Positions 19,301 to 29,147 of a stretch of 64,000 nucleotides of DNA are shown here, piece by piece; within the stretch, counting starts at the first letter, position 1; the number at the start of each line of letters is the position of its first letter. Location of the stretch: the IMG/VR virus record IMGVR_UViG_3300032265_002746. The stretch is one strand, 5' to 3'. This DNA comes from a virus. Lineage: Duplodnaviria > Heunggongvirae > Uroviricota > Caudoviricetes. A model generated the notes under the pieces. That model had not been told where the DNA came from and did no database searches. It saw only the letters and a list, made by a program, of their open reading frames with translations. Both the position numbers and the translations under genes were made by a program.

Positions 19301-19751
19301 TGTGCAAAAATAAGTATTAATTCGGATATTTTCCGAATTATTGATAATGGATTATCATTTTTTCTAGTAAATTTGATAATGAGGTAGTAAAACTATGTCT
19401 ATAACTTGGTTCCTACTAGGTACTAACTTAGATACTTTTTGTCGCATTTATAGTAAATATTTGAGACAAAATTTTTAGTACAACCCTTTACTACATTAAG
19501 TTTCATACAAAAAATTAGCGAGGGGGGTATTGGCGTTTTAACTAGGTACTAACTTAGTCCTGACTAGGTACCTGTTCACATTTTTTGGTTGTACACGTTC
19601 CGTGAACAGAGGTAATTCGTGAACAGTATTTTATCAATTATGCTATAATTTAGCGATATTTTTAAATTATCGTGTATTTTATGCAATTAGCTCACCTTGT
19701 GAATCAGTGAAGCAAAATCTAAATATTTGATTACGAATAGTTTACACTATC
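19301..19751. promoter_or_regulatory. Palindrome- and repeat-dense non-coding hub, candidate origin or operator region
   Basis: Perfect inverted repeats AATTCGGAtatttTCCGAATT (19319-19339) and TGATAATggATTATCA. Direct repeats CTAGGTACTAACTTAG x2. CTGTTCAC..GTGAACAG x2. No ORF of 60 aa or more on either strand. Confidence 0.4.
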
Positions 19752-19783
19752 TTAAAAAGAAACCCCCTACAATGAGTAGAGGG
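19752..19783 (-). terminator. Intrinsic terminator
   Basis: On the minus strand, CCCTCTAC-tcatt-GTAGGGGG (one U.G pair) followed by TTTCTTTTT. Confidence 0.6.
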
Positions 19784-20019
19784 TCGGCCTAAGGATGCTA
19801 TCCTAAGGGAAGGTGGAGTCACCATAAGTGACAAAGGATATGCACAGAGGCAGTCCGGGGTTTTCAGAAATCCAACAAGGGACTTCGTATCTCCTTCTCC
19901 ACATGGAAGTTGAGATGAATTAACCTAGAATCAGTATCTAGGTGCAAAGACTTACGGTATCTTGCCTGACGGGAATAAATCCCTGAACCAGTTCCTCCAC
20001 CCTTTGGGTGGTGATATCT
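19784..20019 (-). other. Structured GC-rich 3' non-coding RNA region of unknown class
   Basis: Perfect stems CCTAAGGAT/ATCCTTAGG, GTCAC/GTGAC, CCTAGA/TCTAGG and CCACCC/GGGTGG, located between the stop of the upstream ORF and the terminator. Confidence 0.3.
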
Positions 20020-20610
20020 TTACCAGTAGCCGCTTATGTTGCTGGCTAGGCCTAGTGATTTCGCATATCGAGGTAATCGACACGCCCAGTATCCTGGTTT
20101 AGTCTTGTCTTTCTTTGCCGGGCAGTTCATTCTGTCTGAAAAAGCTTTACGAGCTTTAGGGTCTGTTATCTTAGAAGATAGACCTCCATGCTTGTCTCCA
20201 AATGTAACCTTAATTACCTTACCGGTTTTAGGGTTGTGTGTAAAGACTACATACTTTTTACCTGAACCTGAATTACGCCTAGGGTGATTCAACTGGACAC
20301 TCTTTCCATGGAACTCGGCTTCCATCAATAGGTAATCCTCAGTAAGGGGATAATCTAAAGGAACTCTTATACCATTGTATTCACCAAACTCACCTAAGTC
20401 TGTTTCTGTTAAAATCTCTGTGTCAATCGTGTCAAGGACAATGTTACCTTCTTGAAGAAGTTCTCTAGCCTCACGGAACAAATGATAAAAGCTATTAGAG
20501 CCTGGGCGATAAATCGATTCATTTAATGGTGTTTGTGTTTTTATATGGTATTGGAGACCTTCGGATAAGGTTGATATATCGGAGGCCTCCATTAGGTATT
20601 TTTTTAACAT
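20020..20610 (-). CDS. Hypothetical protein
   Basis: 196-aa ORF. Its stop TAA at 20020-20022 was checked by eye. Confidence 0.55.
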   Translation of the reverse strand: MLKKYLMEASDISTLSEGLQYHIKTQTPLNESIYRPGSNSFYHLFREARELLQEGNIVLDTIDTEILTETDLGEFGEYNGIRVPLDYPLTEDYLLMEAEFHGKSVQLNHPRRNSGSGKKYVVFTHNPKTGKVIKVTFGDKHGGLSSKITDPKARKAFSDRMNCPAKKDKTKPGYWACRLPRYAKSLGLASNISGYW

Positions 20611-20954
20611 ATTTTGAATTCATTTAATATTGCTTGATAAATAGCACCTGCGATATATTCATCTGTAAAAATTTTATCTTTATAACTGAAGGTATATACT
20701 CCCGAATTAGAGGATATCTCAAATTTAATGTCATTTTTTGATAAATACTCAAAGAATAAATATTGTCTATCTAAACTGCAATCAAAGTTAAGGTCTTTGT
20801 GATACCTGCAGTAAACAACGTCTGGTGCCCAAATAGGGTTGAAATTCTTTGTATGCCAACCTGGATACTTACCCTCTTTATTATTACAAGTATGATACTC
20901 TAATCCTAAGGATAATGCTATCTTTTTATTATTTTCTCTTATACCCGATGCCAT
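20604..20954 (-). CDS. Hypothetical protein
   Basis: 116-aa ORF overlapping the downstream start. Confidence 0.5.
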   Translation of the reverse strand: MASGIRENNKKIALSLGLEYHTCNNKEGKYPGWHTKNFNPIWAPDVVYCRYHKDLNFDCSLDRQYLFFEYLSKNDIKFEISSNSGVYTFSYKDKIFTDEYIAGAIYQAILNEFKIC

Positions 20955-20970
20955 ATTATACGGGGACTAA

Positions 20971-21705
20971 CTATTTCCTTTTAATATTCTTCCACATTGC
21001 GGCAGCAGCCACACGTTTGCCTGCCTCTTTTGATCCATATTCTTTAGCAGCTTTATCAGCTAGCTTCTCAAACCCTTTCCCTTTCTTACCTATATCTTCA
21101 CCTTTCTCAGCTTTCTTTACAACAGCTGATTTTTGTTTCTTGGTAAGGCCGGCAGAAGGTTTCTTTTTCTTTGCTTCTCCTACCACTCCGATATTATCGT
21201 AAGGATTAGGCTCTTCGGTGTACATTCCTTCGTCTTCATATTGATCCATGTATGGGTCTTTCTCTGCTTTGAAGTATGTAGTGACTTCTTCAATATTATC
21301 ACATGCAACGTTTAAATGTTGGAATGCCCAAGCTGGCCAATCGTGACCTTCCATTACTTGCATCTTTAAGAATTCTACATTTTCACAGATAGAATCAAGT
21401 TCACCTGCAACCATGTGTAACTCTTGAGGATCTTGTTCTTCTTCGTACTCTCCTACAGTAGCCATCATTTTAGACTCATAGAGGGCTTTTAGGTCTTTGG
21501 TAGTGATAAGTACTGACTTACTATTTAAAGTGTCTAGAGCCTCATCTAATGAGGTCTGAGGTACATTAGAGATTTCACCTTCACTATTTAAAGTGAAAAA
21601 AGATTCTGATGATTGTTGGTTAAGTGGTTTTACGTTGACAATCGCACTTTCATTAATAAAGCTTTTTCTAAATTTGTTTGCGATTTGATCCGCTTCTTTA
21701 ATCAT
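20971..21705 (-). CDS. Hypothetical protein with lysine-rich C-terminal tail
   Basis: 244 aa. The C-terminal 60 aa are KK-rich and histone-tail-like. Confidence 0.55.
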   Translation of the reverse strand: MIKEADQIANKFRKSFINESAIVNVKPLNQQSSESFFTLNSEGEISNVPQTSLDEALDTLNSKSVLITTKDLKALYESKMMATVGEYEEEQDPQELHMVAGELDSICENVEFLKMQVMEGHDWPAWAFQHLNVACDNIEEVTTYFKAEKDPYMDQYEDEGMYTEEPNPYDNIGVVGEAKKKKPSAGLTKKQKSAVVKKAEKGEDIGKKGKGFEKLADKAAKEYGSKEAGKRVAAAAMWKNIKRK

Positions 21706-21724
21706 TGTTTTTGTTTTTTATTTG

Positions 21725-21967
21725 TTAGGATTTAGTTTGAGTCCACCAGTTACACAAATACTTTTCAGGTTCGGTAGGTATAACTCCTGAACCATTATAC
21801 TCTATGAAGTATTTACCTTCACATTCTCCTTTATCGGCATTCCATTTTATGCAGTTAGCACAATTGGCACCTCCGTAAGGTACTTCTCTTGCAGCTTTGT
21901 ATCCAGGAGGATAAACTGCGTTTCCTTCTAGGATTAAGTTAATTAGTTTCATTGATTCTATTTTCAA
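21725..21967 (-). CDS. Hypothetical Cys-containing small protein
   Basis: 80-aa ORF. Confidence 0.4.
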   Translation of the reverse strand: MKIESMKLINLILEGNAVYPPGYKAAREVPYGGANCANCIKWNADKGECEGKYFIEYNGSGVIPTEPEKYLCNWWTQTKS

Positions 21968-22517
21968 GTTCGGTAAGCTCTTTGTCCATTTGTTGGATTA
22001 TATGGTCATTACTATTGTTACCAGTCCAGTTTTGTTTTTCACCTGTTTCTGTGTAAATACCTCTGTCCATCCCATTTAGTTCCTTCATAAACGCCCTTGC
22101 ATCTTTTGTGAATGTAATTGCGTTTTCGGTCATTATCCTTTGGGCGTATTCTTCATACTTACCTTCTGCTCTTAATTTGGTTTCTAAGGATAACTGGCAG
22201 GAGAAGCAGTGCTCAAATAAACTGTAAAATTTAGAGTCGAGTCTGTGCTTCATACTATTTTTACATGAAGGGCATACTAATGGTGCAAATAACGCTTTCT
22301 TAACTGAGCTGTATTTCGTATTGGTCTGCCTGATACCATCTTTTATGGTCCATTCTTTACCATCTTCTACCCAGGTGTCACCTTCTTTGTATTCAGTGAA
22401 ACCTTTCTCGTACCCTACTTGGGTACCTGTTGATTGGGTTGCATTTCCTGAAAACAGGTTACGAAGACGTTTTACGTCTTTGCTCCTAAACTCTTTTAAT
22501 AACGCATTATCTGCCAT
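21939..22517 (-). CDS. Hypothetical zinc-ribbon protein
   Basis: CPSC..CFSC motif. 192 aa. Confidence 0.5.
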   Translation of the reverse strand: MADNALLKEFRSKDVKRLRNLFSGNATQSTGTQVGYEKGFTEYKEGDTWVEDGKEWTIKDGIRQTNTKYSSVKKALFAPLVCPSCKNSMKHRLDSKFYSLFEHCFSCQLSLETKLRAEGKYEEYAQRIMTENAITFTKDARAFMKELNGMDRGIYTETGEKQNWTGNNSNDHIIQQMDKELTELENRINETN

Positions 22518-22519
22518 AA

Positions 22520-23110
22520 TTATTTTACTCCGAATTTTTCGTATAATCCTTGTAGGTATCCTACATTAATCACATTTCCATTGTTCTCATCAACTTGTTC
22601 CCTTAACATATCAAATACCTTTTGAACAGATAATTTAGATAATTCAGGTGGGATATACTTCATGAATTCCTTCATGTTTTCATCTATCACGGACTGCATC
22701 ATTTCACCCCTGATACCGTAGTTGTACTCAGGGATAAGTATTATCTCGTAATTATGAAACTTCCTGAATTTGTTTTGGAACTCATGACTCTTAGCTACCT
22801 TTTCTGGTATAGCTATAATAAATGGTTCTTCAACATTACTCTCAAGAATTTTATATATGTAGTGTCTAGGGGAATCCTCTCCGGATAATTGAGTCTTGAT
22901 TATATCCCCGTTAGTTTCGTGGATATATAAATCAAAGATTTCCTGATTGACCTTTGCAGGTACTAAAGCATTTTTCTCTTCACCTATAACAATCACCACT
23001 TCGCTTATCTCAGATTGCTTTCTACCTAACCAGTAGGCAATTTGCAAATCCTTTTCAGTTGGTGGACAAAAGTATCCAGGTAGGTAGCATCTTTTTAATA
23101 ATGAAGGCAT
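22520..23110 (-). CDS. Hypothetical protein
   Basis: 196-aa ORF. The 16-nt upstream intergenic region consists entirely of the conserved box. Confidence 0.55.
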   Translation of the reverse strand: MPSLLKRCYLPGYFCPPTEKDLQIAYWLGRKQSEISEVVIVIGEEKNALVPAKVNQEIFDLYIHETNGDIIKTQLSGEDSPRHYIYKILESNVEEPFIIAIPEKVAKSHEFQNKFRKFHNYEIILIPEYNYGIRGEMMQSVIDENMKEFMKYIPPELSKLSVQKVFDMLREQVDENNGNVINVGYLQGLYEKFGVK

Positions 23111-23112
23111 AT

Positions 23113-23125
23113 ACTATAAATATCA
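23113..23125 (+). promoter_or_regulatory. ACTATAAATATCA box immediately upstream of start 23110
   Basis: Exact TATAAATA on the plus strand. Confidence 0.3.
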
Positions 23126-23126
23126 A

Positions 23127-23675
23127 TTAATCCTTTAGTAAGGTTACTGTATAAGAAGAATTACTTGTTTTAGTAGGGGCTGTAATTGTGATGTTTTCCA
23201 ATAGCTCACCTGTAGCAGGGTCTGGAATACTTACAATCATGAAGTCACTGATTGATTTCAAGAATTCCTCTCTCTTTTTGATTTCCTTATCTAGTTCTTT
23301 TTTCTTAGCTGATAGATTATTGTAAAGTGGATCACCGGAAGAAGCATAGTCATATTTAGTTCCTGTTTCAGCTAACTTGAACTTAGTGCCTTTTGGGGTA
23401 ATAAATTCTTTCTTTCCTTCTGCGTTTATTGAGATTTCTTCACAGATTAATCCTGTCATAGATATCTTTCCAGATTCATCTACCATCTCTTTAAGCTCTG
23501 CATGAACTTTGCTCATTAGAGCAAAAGCCTCTATAGCTGTTACTGCTGATATCCTACCTTCGGTTACATCTTCAAACACTTTGTGTGCTATCGCTTTAGC
23601 GGAGCTGTCTGATACTACTAATGCGTTTGAGTTAACCTTAACCTTGTCTAACTCGAATTTCAACTTTGTATTCAT
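23127..23675 (-). CDS. Hypothetical protein
   Basis: 182-aa ORF. Confidence 0.55.
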   Translation of the reverse strand: MNTKLKFELDKVKVNSNALVVSDSSAKAIAHKVFEDVTEGRISAVTAIEAFALMSKVHAELKEMVDESGKISMTGLICEEISINAEGKKEFITPKGTKFKLAETGTKYDYASSGDPLYNNLSAKKKELDKEIKKREEFLKSISDFMIVSIPDPATGELLENITITAPTKTSNSSYTVTLLKD

Positions 23676-23684
23676 GATAAATTA

Positions 23685-24158
23685 TTATTTTCTATTAAAA
23701 TTTGGTTTATGTTCAGGTGATGGGTTGTCTTTCCTATTTTGTTCTAAAATGTCACCATCCAACTCTACTATTGCTTCACCTCTCAATCTGCGAATATCAA
23801 GATTTATGAGATCTACTGATTCACCTGTCTCTTCTATTATTTCCGGAGATTTAATATCCAGATGTACACACCCATTTATGTGCCTATCTATTGCAGTTAC
23901 TGTCCCTTTAAATCCTGTAGCTTTATCTTCTACTTTAGTACCTAACACCTCCAATGGCAAATCACTAACAACCTCTATACCTCCTACAATTCTTGCAGGA
24001 TTAATCCAAGATGTCTCTAGAGGTTTCTTAGTCTTAGGATTAAGCCCAGAAGGTTGGAATACATACAATTCGTTATGTGCCATATCTACGTTGTAGATTG
24101 TCAGCATACCCTTTCGATTTGTCACACTGTCCGTGACGATTGTTCCTAATTTTAACAT
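23685..24158 (-). CDS. Hypothetical protein
   Basis: 157-aa ORF. Confidence 0.5.
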   Translation of the reverse strand: MLKLGTIVTDSVTNRKGMLTIYNVDMAHNELYVFQPSGLNPKTKKPLETSWINPARIVGGIEVVSDLPLEVLGTKVEDKATGFKGTVTAIDRHINGCVHLDIKSPEIIEETGESVDLINLDIRRLRGEAIVELDGDILEQNRKDNPSPEHKPNFNRK

Positions 24159-24171
24159 AATTGTTTTTTTT

Positions 24172-24492
24172 TTAAAATTTATAATTGTTAAGATAATGCA
24201 GTGTTTTCATGATACGAATGTACTCATTCTTATCCTCAGAGGTGCAGTCAGGGTTATTGATTATACCAACGTACTTCTTCATCTGTGAGTTATAGTAATC
24301 TACCTCTGCTAGTATTAAAGCTGCTACGTATACATTGTCAAATGGCTCTTCAACCTCAACACAATGCATAGGTATTACCTCGGTCCATTTACCGAACTTA
24401 AGCGTGTAAGCTTTTTTTCTTTCTAGATTGTAGTACCTCATACGGTATTTACCGTTTGGGTCTTTAAATCTTTCGTTTATAATGACGTTCAT
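24172..24492 (-). CDS. Hypothetical protein
   Basis: 106-aa ORF overlapping the primase start. Confidence 0.5.
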   Translation of the reverse strand: MNVIINERFKDPNGKYRMRYYNLERKKAYTLKFGKWTEVIPMHCVEVEEPFDNVYVAALILAEVDYYNSQMKKYVGIINNPDCTSEDKNEYIRIMKTLHYLNNYKF

Positions 24493-25463
24493 ATCTTGTT
24501 TATTTTCATCTTCATCAACTTGCTCGTTGTCAGTGGACTTACCTGTTGTATCAGCTTAGTAAAGTCCTCAAAAGTCATAGACCCTGGGTCTTTCTCGTCT
24601 AATTCAACTAGATACACTGTCTTACCCATTTCCATCAATAGCTGACAATTAGCTAATGATTCCTTCAATGCATCTGAATCTAGGCAAAGATACACCTTTT
24701 TTGATTTGCAGGTCAATAATTTTTTCATTAACTCGGGTTGTATGACTTTACCCAATAGCGGTATACAGTTACGCTTAATGGTAAACATATCAAATACACC
24801 TTCACAAAGTATGATAGGCTTAGACCAGTTAATCATTGACTCAAAAGGGATAATATCCCTAGAGCATTCTGGAAATTCATACTTGACGAAGGTCTCATCA
24901 GATAGTGCTCTACCTATCAGGTAATTAACCTTCATAGATTTATCGTAGGATGGAATGACAATACGGTTACGGTACCGGCCTTCTTCACAATATCCTATGT
25001 TCCATTTAATGATGTCATCTTCACGTACATTACGCTTCTTAACATAAGCTTTAGCATGACGAAGCTTAAGATCATGTTTAGGTAGTTTGCCTTGTACAGA
25101 TTTGAATTCGGCTGGGAGCTGGCCTGAAAATACACCTTTTACCTCTTTGGGTTTATGTATAGAGGTATCTGTGTATTTTAGTATTTCTTTGAGTTCATTG
25201 AACCTTTGTTCTGTAGCACCTATCTTTTTAAGTAGGTTGTAAATAGACTTACCTTTCTCACCACAAGACCAGCAGTGGTAGATGTTGACAGGTTTTCCAT
25301 CTTCTATTATGGTTTCCATATCAACCTCTAGTTTCTTCTGACCGGCAATTCTAGAAGGCCTGTTTGCACATCCTACAAATGGGCATAGGTATTTTCTGTT
25401 TGATGAAGAGGAACCGGTACCTGTGCCTAATACTGAATCAAGAAAGGGAATTAGACTACTCAT
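24489..25463 (-). CDS. DNA primase (zinc-ribbon plus TOPRIM; gp61/DnaG-like)
   Basis: Zinc ribbon CPFVGC..CWSCG. TOPRIM Glu in ILCEGVFD and DxD in VYLCLDSDALKE. 324 aa. Confidence 0.7.
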   Translation of the reverse strand: MSSLIPFLDSVLGTGTGSSSSNRKYLCPFVGCANRPSRIAGQKKLEVDMETIIEDGKPVNIYHCWSCGEKGKSIYNLLKKIGATEQRFNELKEILKYTDTSIHKPKEVKGVFSGQLPAEFKSVQGKLPKHDLKLRHAKAYVKKRNVREDDIIKWNIGYCEEGRYRNRIVIPSYDKSMKVNYLIGRALSDETFVKYEFPECSRDIIPFESMINWSKPIILCEGVFDMFTIKRNCIPLLGKVIQPELMKKLLTCKSKKVYLCLDSDALKESLANCQLLMEMGKTVYLVELDEKDPGSMTFEDFTKLIQQVSPLTTSKLMKMKINKI

Positions 25464-25764
25464 TAGGTTCGAATTCAGCTTTAAGTTTTAGATAGCCTTC
25501 ATATCTTTCTTTTCTACGTTCAGCTTGTTTCTCTCTTATGAACTTTTTCATTTCTTCTTTTTCTTCTGGAGTCTGCTCTCTTTCTACAGCAATTCTGATT
25601 ATTGTCTCTCCATCACTCCAGCCATTACTATCATGATACGATGAATGAACATTAATCATTATTTTGTTTTCAGGAACAAGAAACTCTTGAGGTATATCTG
25701 ATATAGGTAGCCATCCATACTCTCCCTCATATTCTTTCTCAAATACTACTTTTGTTATTATCAT
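25456..25764 (-). CDS. Hypothetical protein
   Basis: 102-aa ORF. Confidence 0.45.
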   Translation of the reverse strand: MIITKVVFEKEYEGEYGWLPISDIPQEFLVPENKIMINVHSSYHDSNGWSDGETIIRIAVEREQTPEEKEEMKKFIREKQAERRKERYEGYLKLKAEFEPNE

Positions 25765-25766
25765 AA

Positions 25767-26096
25767 TTAAAATGTTTTTAAATTTTCTATTAATATTTCG
25801 TCTGCTAGTAAAACATAAGACTGGCTTTTATACTTTGGCCTTAGGCCTCTAGCTAAACATCCTACTATTACTCTGTCTGTTTTTCTAAATCTGTTTAGAT
25901 ATTTTTTAGCATTGTCTAATCCATCTATGATGTGTATGCCAGATGTGTAGGAAGATCCTTTACCATCTATCACATTATCTTTTATGTTAGCTTTACACCA
26001 CTGGTTGATAGGTATATTCCTGGTACCATCTATACCATGGAATAGAAACTTTATTTTATCTTTATCCTTCTGGACTATCTTGTAGTATTTCTTCAT
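25767..26096 (-). CDS. Hypothetical protein
   Basis: 109-aa ORF. Confidence 0.5.
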   Translation of the reverse strand: MKKYYKIVQKDKDKIKFLFHGIDGTRNIPINQWCKANIKDNVIDGKGSSYTSGIHIIDGLDNAKKYLNRFRKTDRVIVGCLARGLRPKYKSQSYVLLADEILIENLKTF

Positions 26097-26108
26097 AAAT
26101 TGTTGATT

Positions 26109-26591
26109 TTAATATCCAAAATCTTTGGGAGTTATGTCTGGATTTAGAACTGGGTTATCTAAACAATAATTAACAGCATCCTTAAAAGTGGAGTGAGGTA
26201 CCACATACGCTAATTCATTACATTCTCTGGTAATATACTTAGGAAGCATAGGGTGATTTTGGTACTGAATCAATTGCCCATTAAACCACCATTCTTCTAT
26301 TTCTAATTGAATAGGTTTTAAATTACCAAATGAATCAGTTGACTTTAGAGTTTTTAAACATGCCTTACAAATGTTTGACTTAGTTAGTATTTCCTCTTTG
26401 GTTAGTTGTAAATCCTCAATTTCATATACTTTATAACTTTCAGTTATAATTTCATAATTAAAACCTATAAAAGGTCTGCACATAGGACTTATGTTCCTAA
26501 GCTCTTTTGATATATGTATCTTAGACTTGTCGTCAAAACATTTGGTGGACCCGATTAGATTGTATTTCATAACATTTAATTTAGGATGCAA
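26109..26591 (-). CDS. Hypothetical protein
   Basis: 160-aa ORF. Confidence 0.5.
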   Translation of the reverse strand: MHPKLNVMKYNLIGSTKCFDDKSKIHISKELRNISPMCRPFIGFNYEIITESYKVYEIEDLQLTKEEILTKSNICKACLKTLKSTDSFGNLKPIQLEIEEWWFNGQLIQYQNHPMLPKYITRECNELAYVVPHSTFKDAVNYCLDNPVLNPDITPKDFGY

Positions 26592-26623
26592 AGATATACA
26601 CCTAAATTGAATCTACCAAAAAA

Positions 26624-27373
26624 CTATTTTTTAAAGGTTTTTAGTATCTTGTATATATCTTTCAAATCCTTTAGGTTTATTATGTGAAATACATTCAAAT
26701 CTTTAACTGAGTCTTTAATTTCTTCATCAAATAACTTCTTCCAAATATCGTACATTTTTTTATACTGTGGATTTTTACTCACAAACCTTTTAAACTCAGC
26801 GTCATTTACATGTTTGTACTCATTCGCTGGTGTTATTTTATCATAATCAATATTTCCTTCTTTATCCATGACTTGTTCAGCTTCATGATAAACACGTTCT
26901 ATATCCTCAACAGTTTGTGTGTCATAAAAACCTAGTAATTTATTCATTATAAATACAGACGGAGTGAATGTTATGTCTTTTTCAAATACTGGTAATATTA
27001 ACTCTTCAAATTTTTCTAGCTTTAATTTGGATATCTCCCTTTTTTTCAGTGTAACTAAGTCTTCTGATACAGCTAAACGTATTTTATCTAAATTCTTTAG
27101 AAATTCTGTTTGGTCCTTATTATCAACAAAATTATTAAATCCTTCACCATCAAATTTTCCATTGGGGTCTGTGAATCTATCTTGTTCCTTATTCCAATCA
27201 AATTTATGCTGGTAATAGTGTCCATAATTATATTCAAACTTTTTAAGTAAGTCTTCTGGAAATTTATTAAAATCTACTAAATTACCTTTTTGTTTTTCTA
27301 ACTCACCCTTAGCGTTTACTTGTAATGACTCAGCAAGAATTGTTTTTAGTAATTGTTTAAATAAGTCTGCCAT
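26624..27373 (-). CDS. Hypothetical protein
   Basis: 249-aa ORF. Confidence 0.55.
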   Translation of the reverse strand: MADLFKQLLKTILAESLQVNAKGELEKQKGNLVDFNKFPEDLLKKFEYNYGHYYQHKFDWNKEQDRFTDPNGKFDGEGFNNFVDNKDQTEFLKNLDKIRLAVSEDLVTLKKREISKLKLEKFEELILPVFEKDITFTPSVFIMNKLLGFYDTQTVEDIERVYHEAEQVMDKEGNIDYDKITPANEYKHVNDAEFKRFVSKNPQYKKMYDIWKKLFDEEIKDSVKDLNVFHIINLKDLKDIYKILKTFKK

Positions 27374-27399
27374 TTTTATTTTAGTTTTGATGTATAGTT

Positions 27400-27861
27400 T
27401 TACTTTGTTTTACCCCAACTTTTACCTTTACCTGGGTCTTTGCATGCTGCCGGTGTAGGCCGGCATGAAGGATACTTAGACCTCTTTTCTCCATCTTGTC
27501 TTCCACAAGATTTACATTTTACTTTTCCGTTTTCCTTCTTACATGTATTACAATCAACCCATCCCTTAGACTTACCTGGTGCACCTTTTCTATTAAACCA
27601 TTTGTGCAGTGATTCTTCCTCTTCTTTTATGTCGCTCCAGATATCTCCTTTACGACATCTTACGATTGCTCCTGATCTATAAGCTGACGGCTTGTCATAT
27701 TTTTGACGTGCAATACGTAGACATCTATCAGCTTTTTTCTCTTGTAGTATCTCCTTTAATAAATTGATCAACTCACTATTAGACTGACATGAGTTACATT
27801 CTTTTAATTCAGATTTCTCCAGTAGAACTTTCTTCACTAGGTTGCTATGTAAATCTTGCAT
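27400..27861 (-). CDS. Hypothetical Cys/Lys-rich protein
   Basis: Multiple CxxC pairs (CNTCKK, CKSCGR). 153 aa. Confidence 0.5.
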   Translation of the reverse strand: MQDLHSNLVKKVLLEKSELKECNSCQSNSELINLLKEILQEKKADRCLRIARQKYDKPSAYRSGAIVRCRKGDIWSDIKEEEESLHKWFNRKGAPGKSKGWVDCNTCKKENGKVKCKSCGRQDGEKRSKYPSCRPTPAACKDPGKGKSWGKTK

Positions 27862-27865
27862 GTTT

Positions 27866-28315
27866 TTACTGAATTAAGTCCTTCCTGAAGAAGGTGGAAT
27901 TTATGTTTGAGTTATAAGAATTGTCTGATTCTAAAACACCCTCCATGAATTGATACTTTATTTCATAGTAAGTATTTTGTTTCTTCCCATATGTAAATAT
28001 CAGAATTTCTCGAATGAACTGATTTTCACCATAAGTTTTAAGGTCTAGCAGTAACTCTTCGCTACTTCCCCAGTACTTATGCCAATCTGATTCTTTCTTT
28101 ACTAACTTCTTAGTTGGCTTCCGGCCAGGCTTCTTTAGTAAAGATTGTTCTTGAAGTTCTTTCTTACCTAGCTTTATATTTCGCTCGCTGAATAGTTGTT
28201 TCTTTCCTATATAGAACTTTCCTGTAGAGATGTGAGTTATCTTGTATATAAAACCAAATGCACCCTCTGGTGCATCTGCTATTGATTGTATGGTTGATTC
28301 TTTATACTTCCACAT
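27866..28315 (-). CDS. GIY-YIG nuclease-domain protein (Seg-like)
   Basis: FGFIYKITHISTGKFYIGKK.. matches the GIY-YIG motif. 149 aa. Confidence 0.6.
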   Translation of the reverse strand: MWKYKESTIQSIADAPEGAFGFIYKITHISTGKFYIGKKQLFSERNIKLGKKELQEQSLLKKPGRKPTKKLVKKESDWHKYWGSSEELLLDLKTYGENQFIREILIFTYGKKQNTYYEIKYQFMEGVLESDNSYNSNINSTFFRKDLIQ

Positions 28316-29146
28316 TTACCAGTCTAATTTTACATTTATGTTGAAATCTGTGTTTGCTGACATAGGTAGGGGTTGTCCAAACTTTGCTATCGCCATCAGT
28401 TGATTGTCTGGGCTATAGAGGCCTACAGCGGTAATGTACGGCTGAAAGCTGCTACTTGTAGCAAAAGACTGTAAAGTGCCGTCACTACCTGAGACAAGTA
28501 AAGTCGGATTGTATGAATAGTTAAAATCATGTTGTTTTATTTTAAGCCTGTAAGTCTGTTCATATACAGTTAAGGTATTGTTAAATGAAAAAAATATATC
28601 ATCTACTTCTGGGTCTATGAAATAACTCCCGTTTGTGATAACAACTAGCCCTTGACTGTAGAATACATTTCCTATATGAACATAATCCCCCACATCGTTT
28701 AGGTTAGGATCAAATACTGTAATATTTCCATACCCGTCATCTGAACCTGGGTAGGAGGTTTCTCCACCAATATAGAGTGTAATACCAAGATTGCTTGGTT
28801 TTATACCTTCTCCGTAGTAAGATCTAGGGAATGACAAAATTTGAACTTCATAACCTATGGATGAAACATCATAACTTATGTTTCTGTAATCCACATAAGA
28901 ACTAGAAGGTTGTTGATATGAGGCTGATATATAGTTATTAGACTGTAATCTTTGCTGAACACCTGTTAAACTACCGGATATGTAGTTTGGATAGTATTGT
29001 TTTACAATTATGTTGTAGAAAGGGTCTCCTACTGATACATCATAAAACTGTACTCCGGGAGTTTCTAAATTCCCATAGTATGTTTTATTTGCAACGTAAG
29101 GCACAAGAGCTACGTCTGAATCTGATATATTCTTAAATGCGCTCAA
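28316..29146 (-). CDS. Tail fibre / receptor-binding-like protein
   Basis: S/T/N/Y-rich. C-terminal module VGLYSPDNQLMAIAKFGQPL is shared with the neighbouring gene. Confidence 0.5.
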   Translation of the reverse strand: MSAFKNISDSDVALVPYVANKTYYGNLETPGVQFYDVSVGDPFYNIIVKQYYPNYISGSLTGVQQRLQSNNYISASYQQPSSSYVDYRNISYDVSSIGYEVQILSFPRSYYGEGIKPSNLGITLYIGGETSYPGSDDGYGNITVFDPNLNDVGDYVHIGNVFYSQGLVVITNGSYFIDPEVDDIFFSFNNTLTVYEQTYRLKIKQHDFNYSYNPTLLVSGSDGTLQSFATSSSFQPYITAVGLYSPDNQLMAIAKFGQPLPMSANTDFNINVKLDW

Positions 29147-29147
29147 G

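Noticed and set aside
19997-20011. Hairpin CCACCC-ttt-GGGTGG as terminator of ORF 20020-20610.
   Set aside because: No U-run follows on the transcribed (minus) strand. The real terminator is 230 nt further downstream, at 19752-19783.
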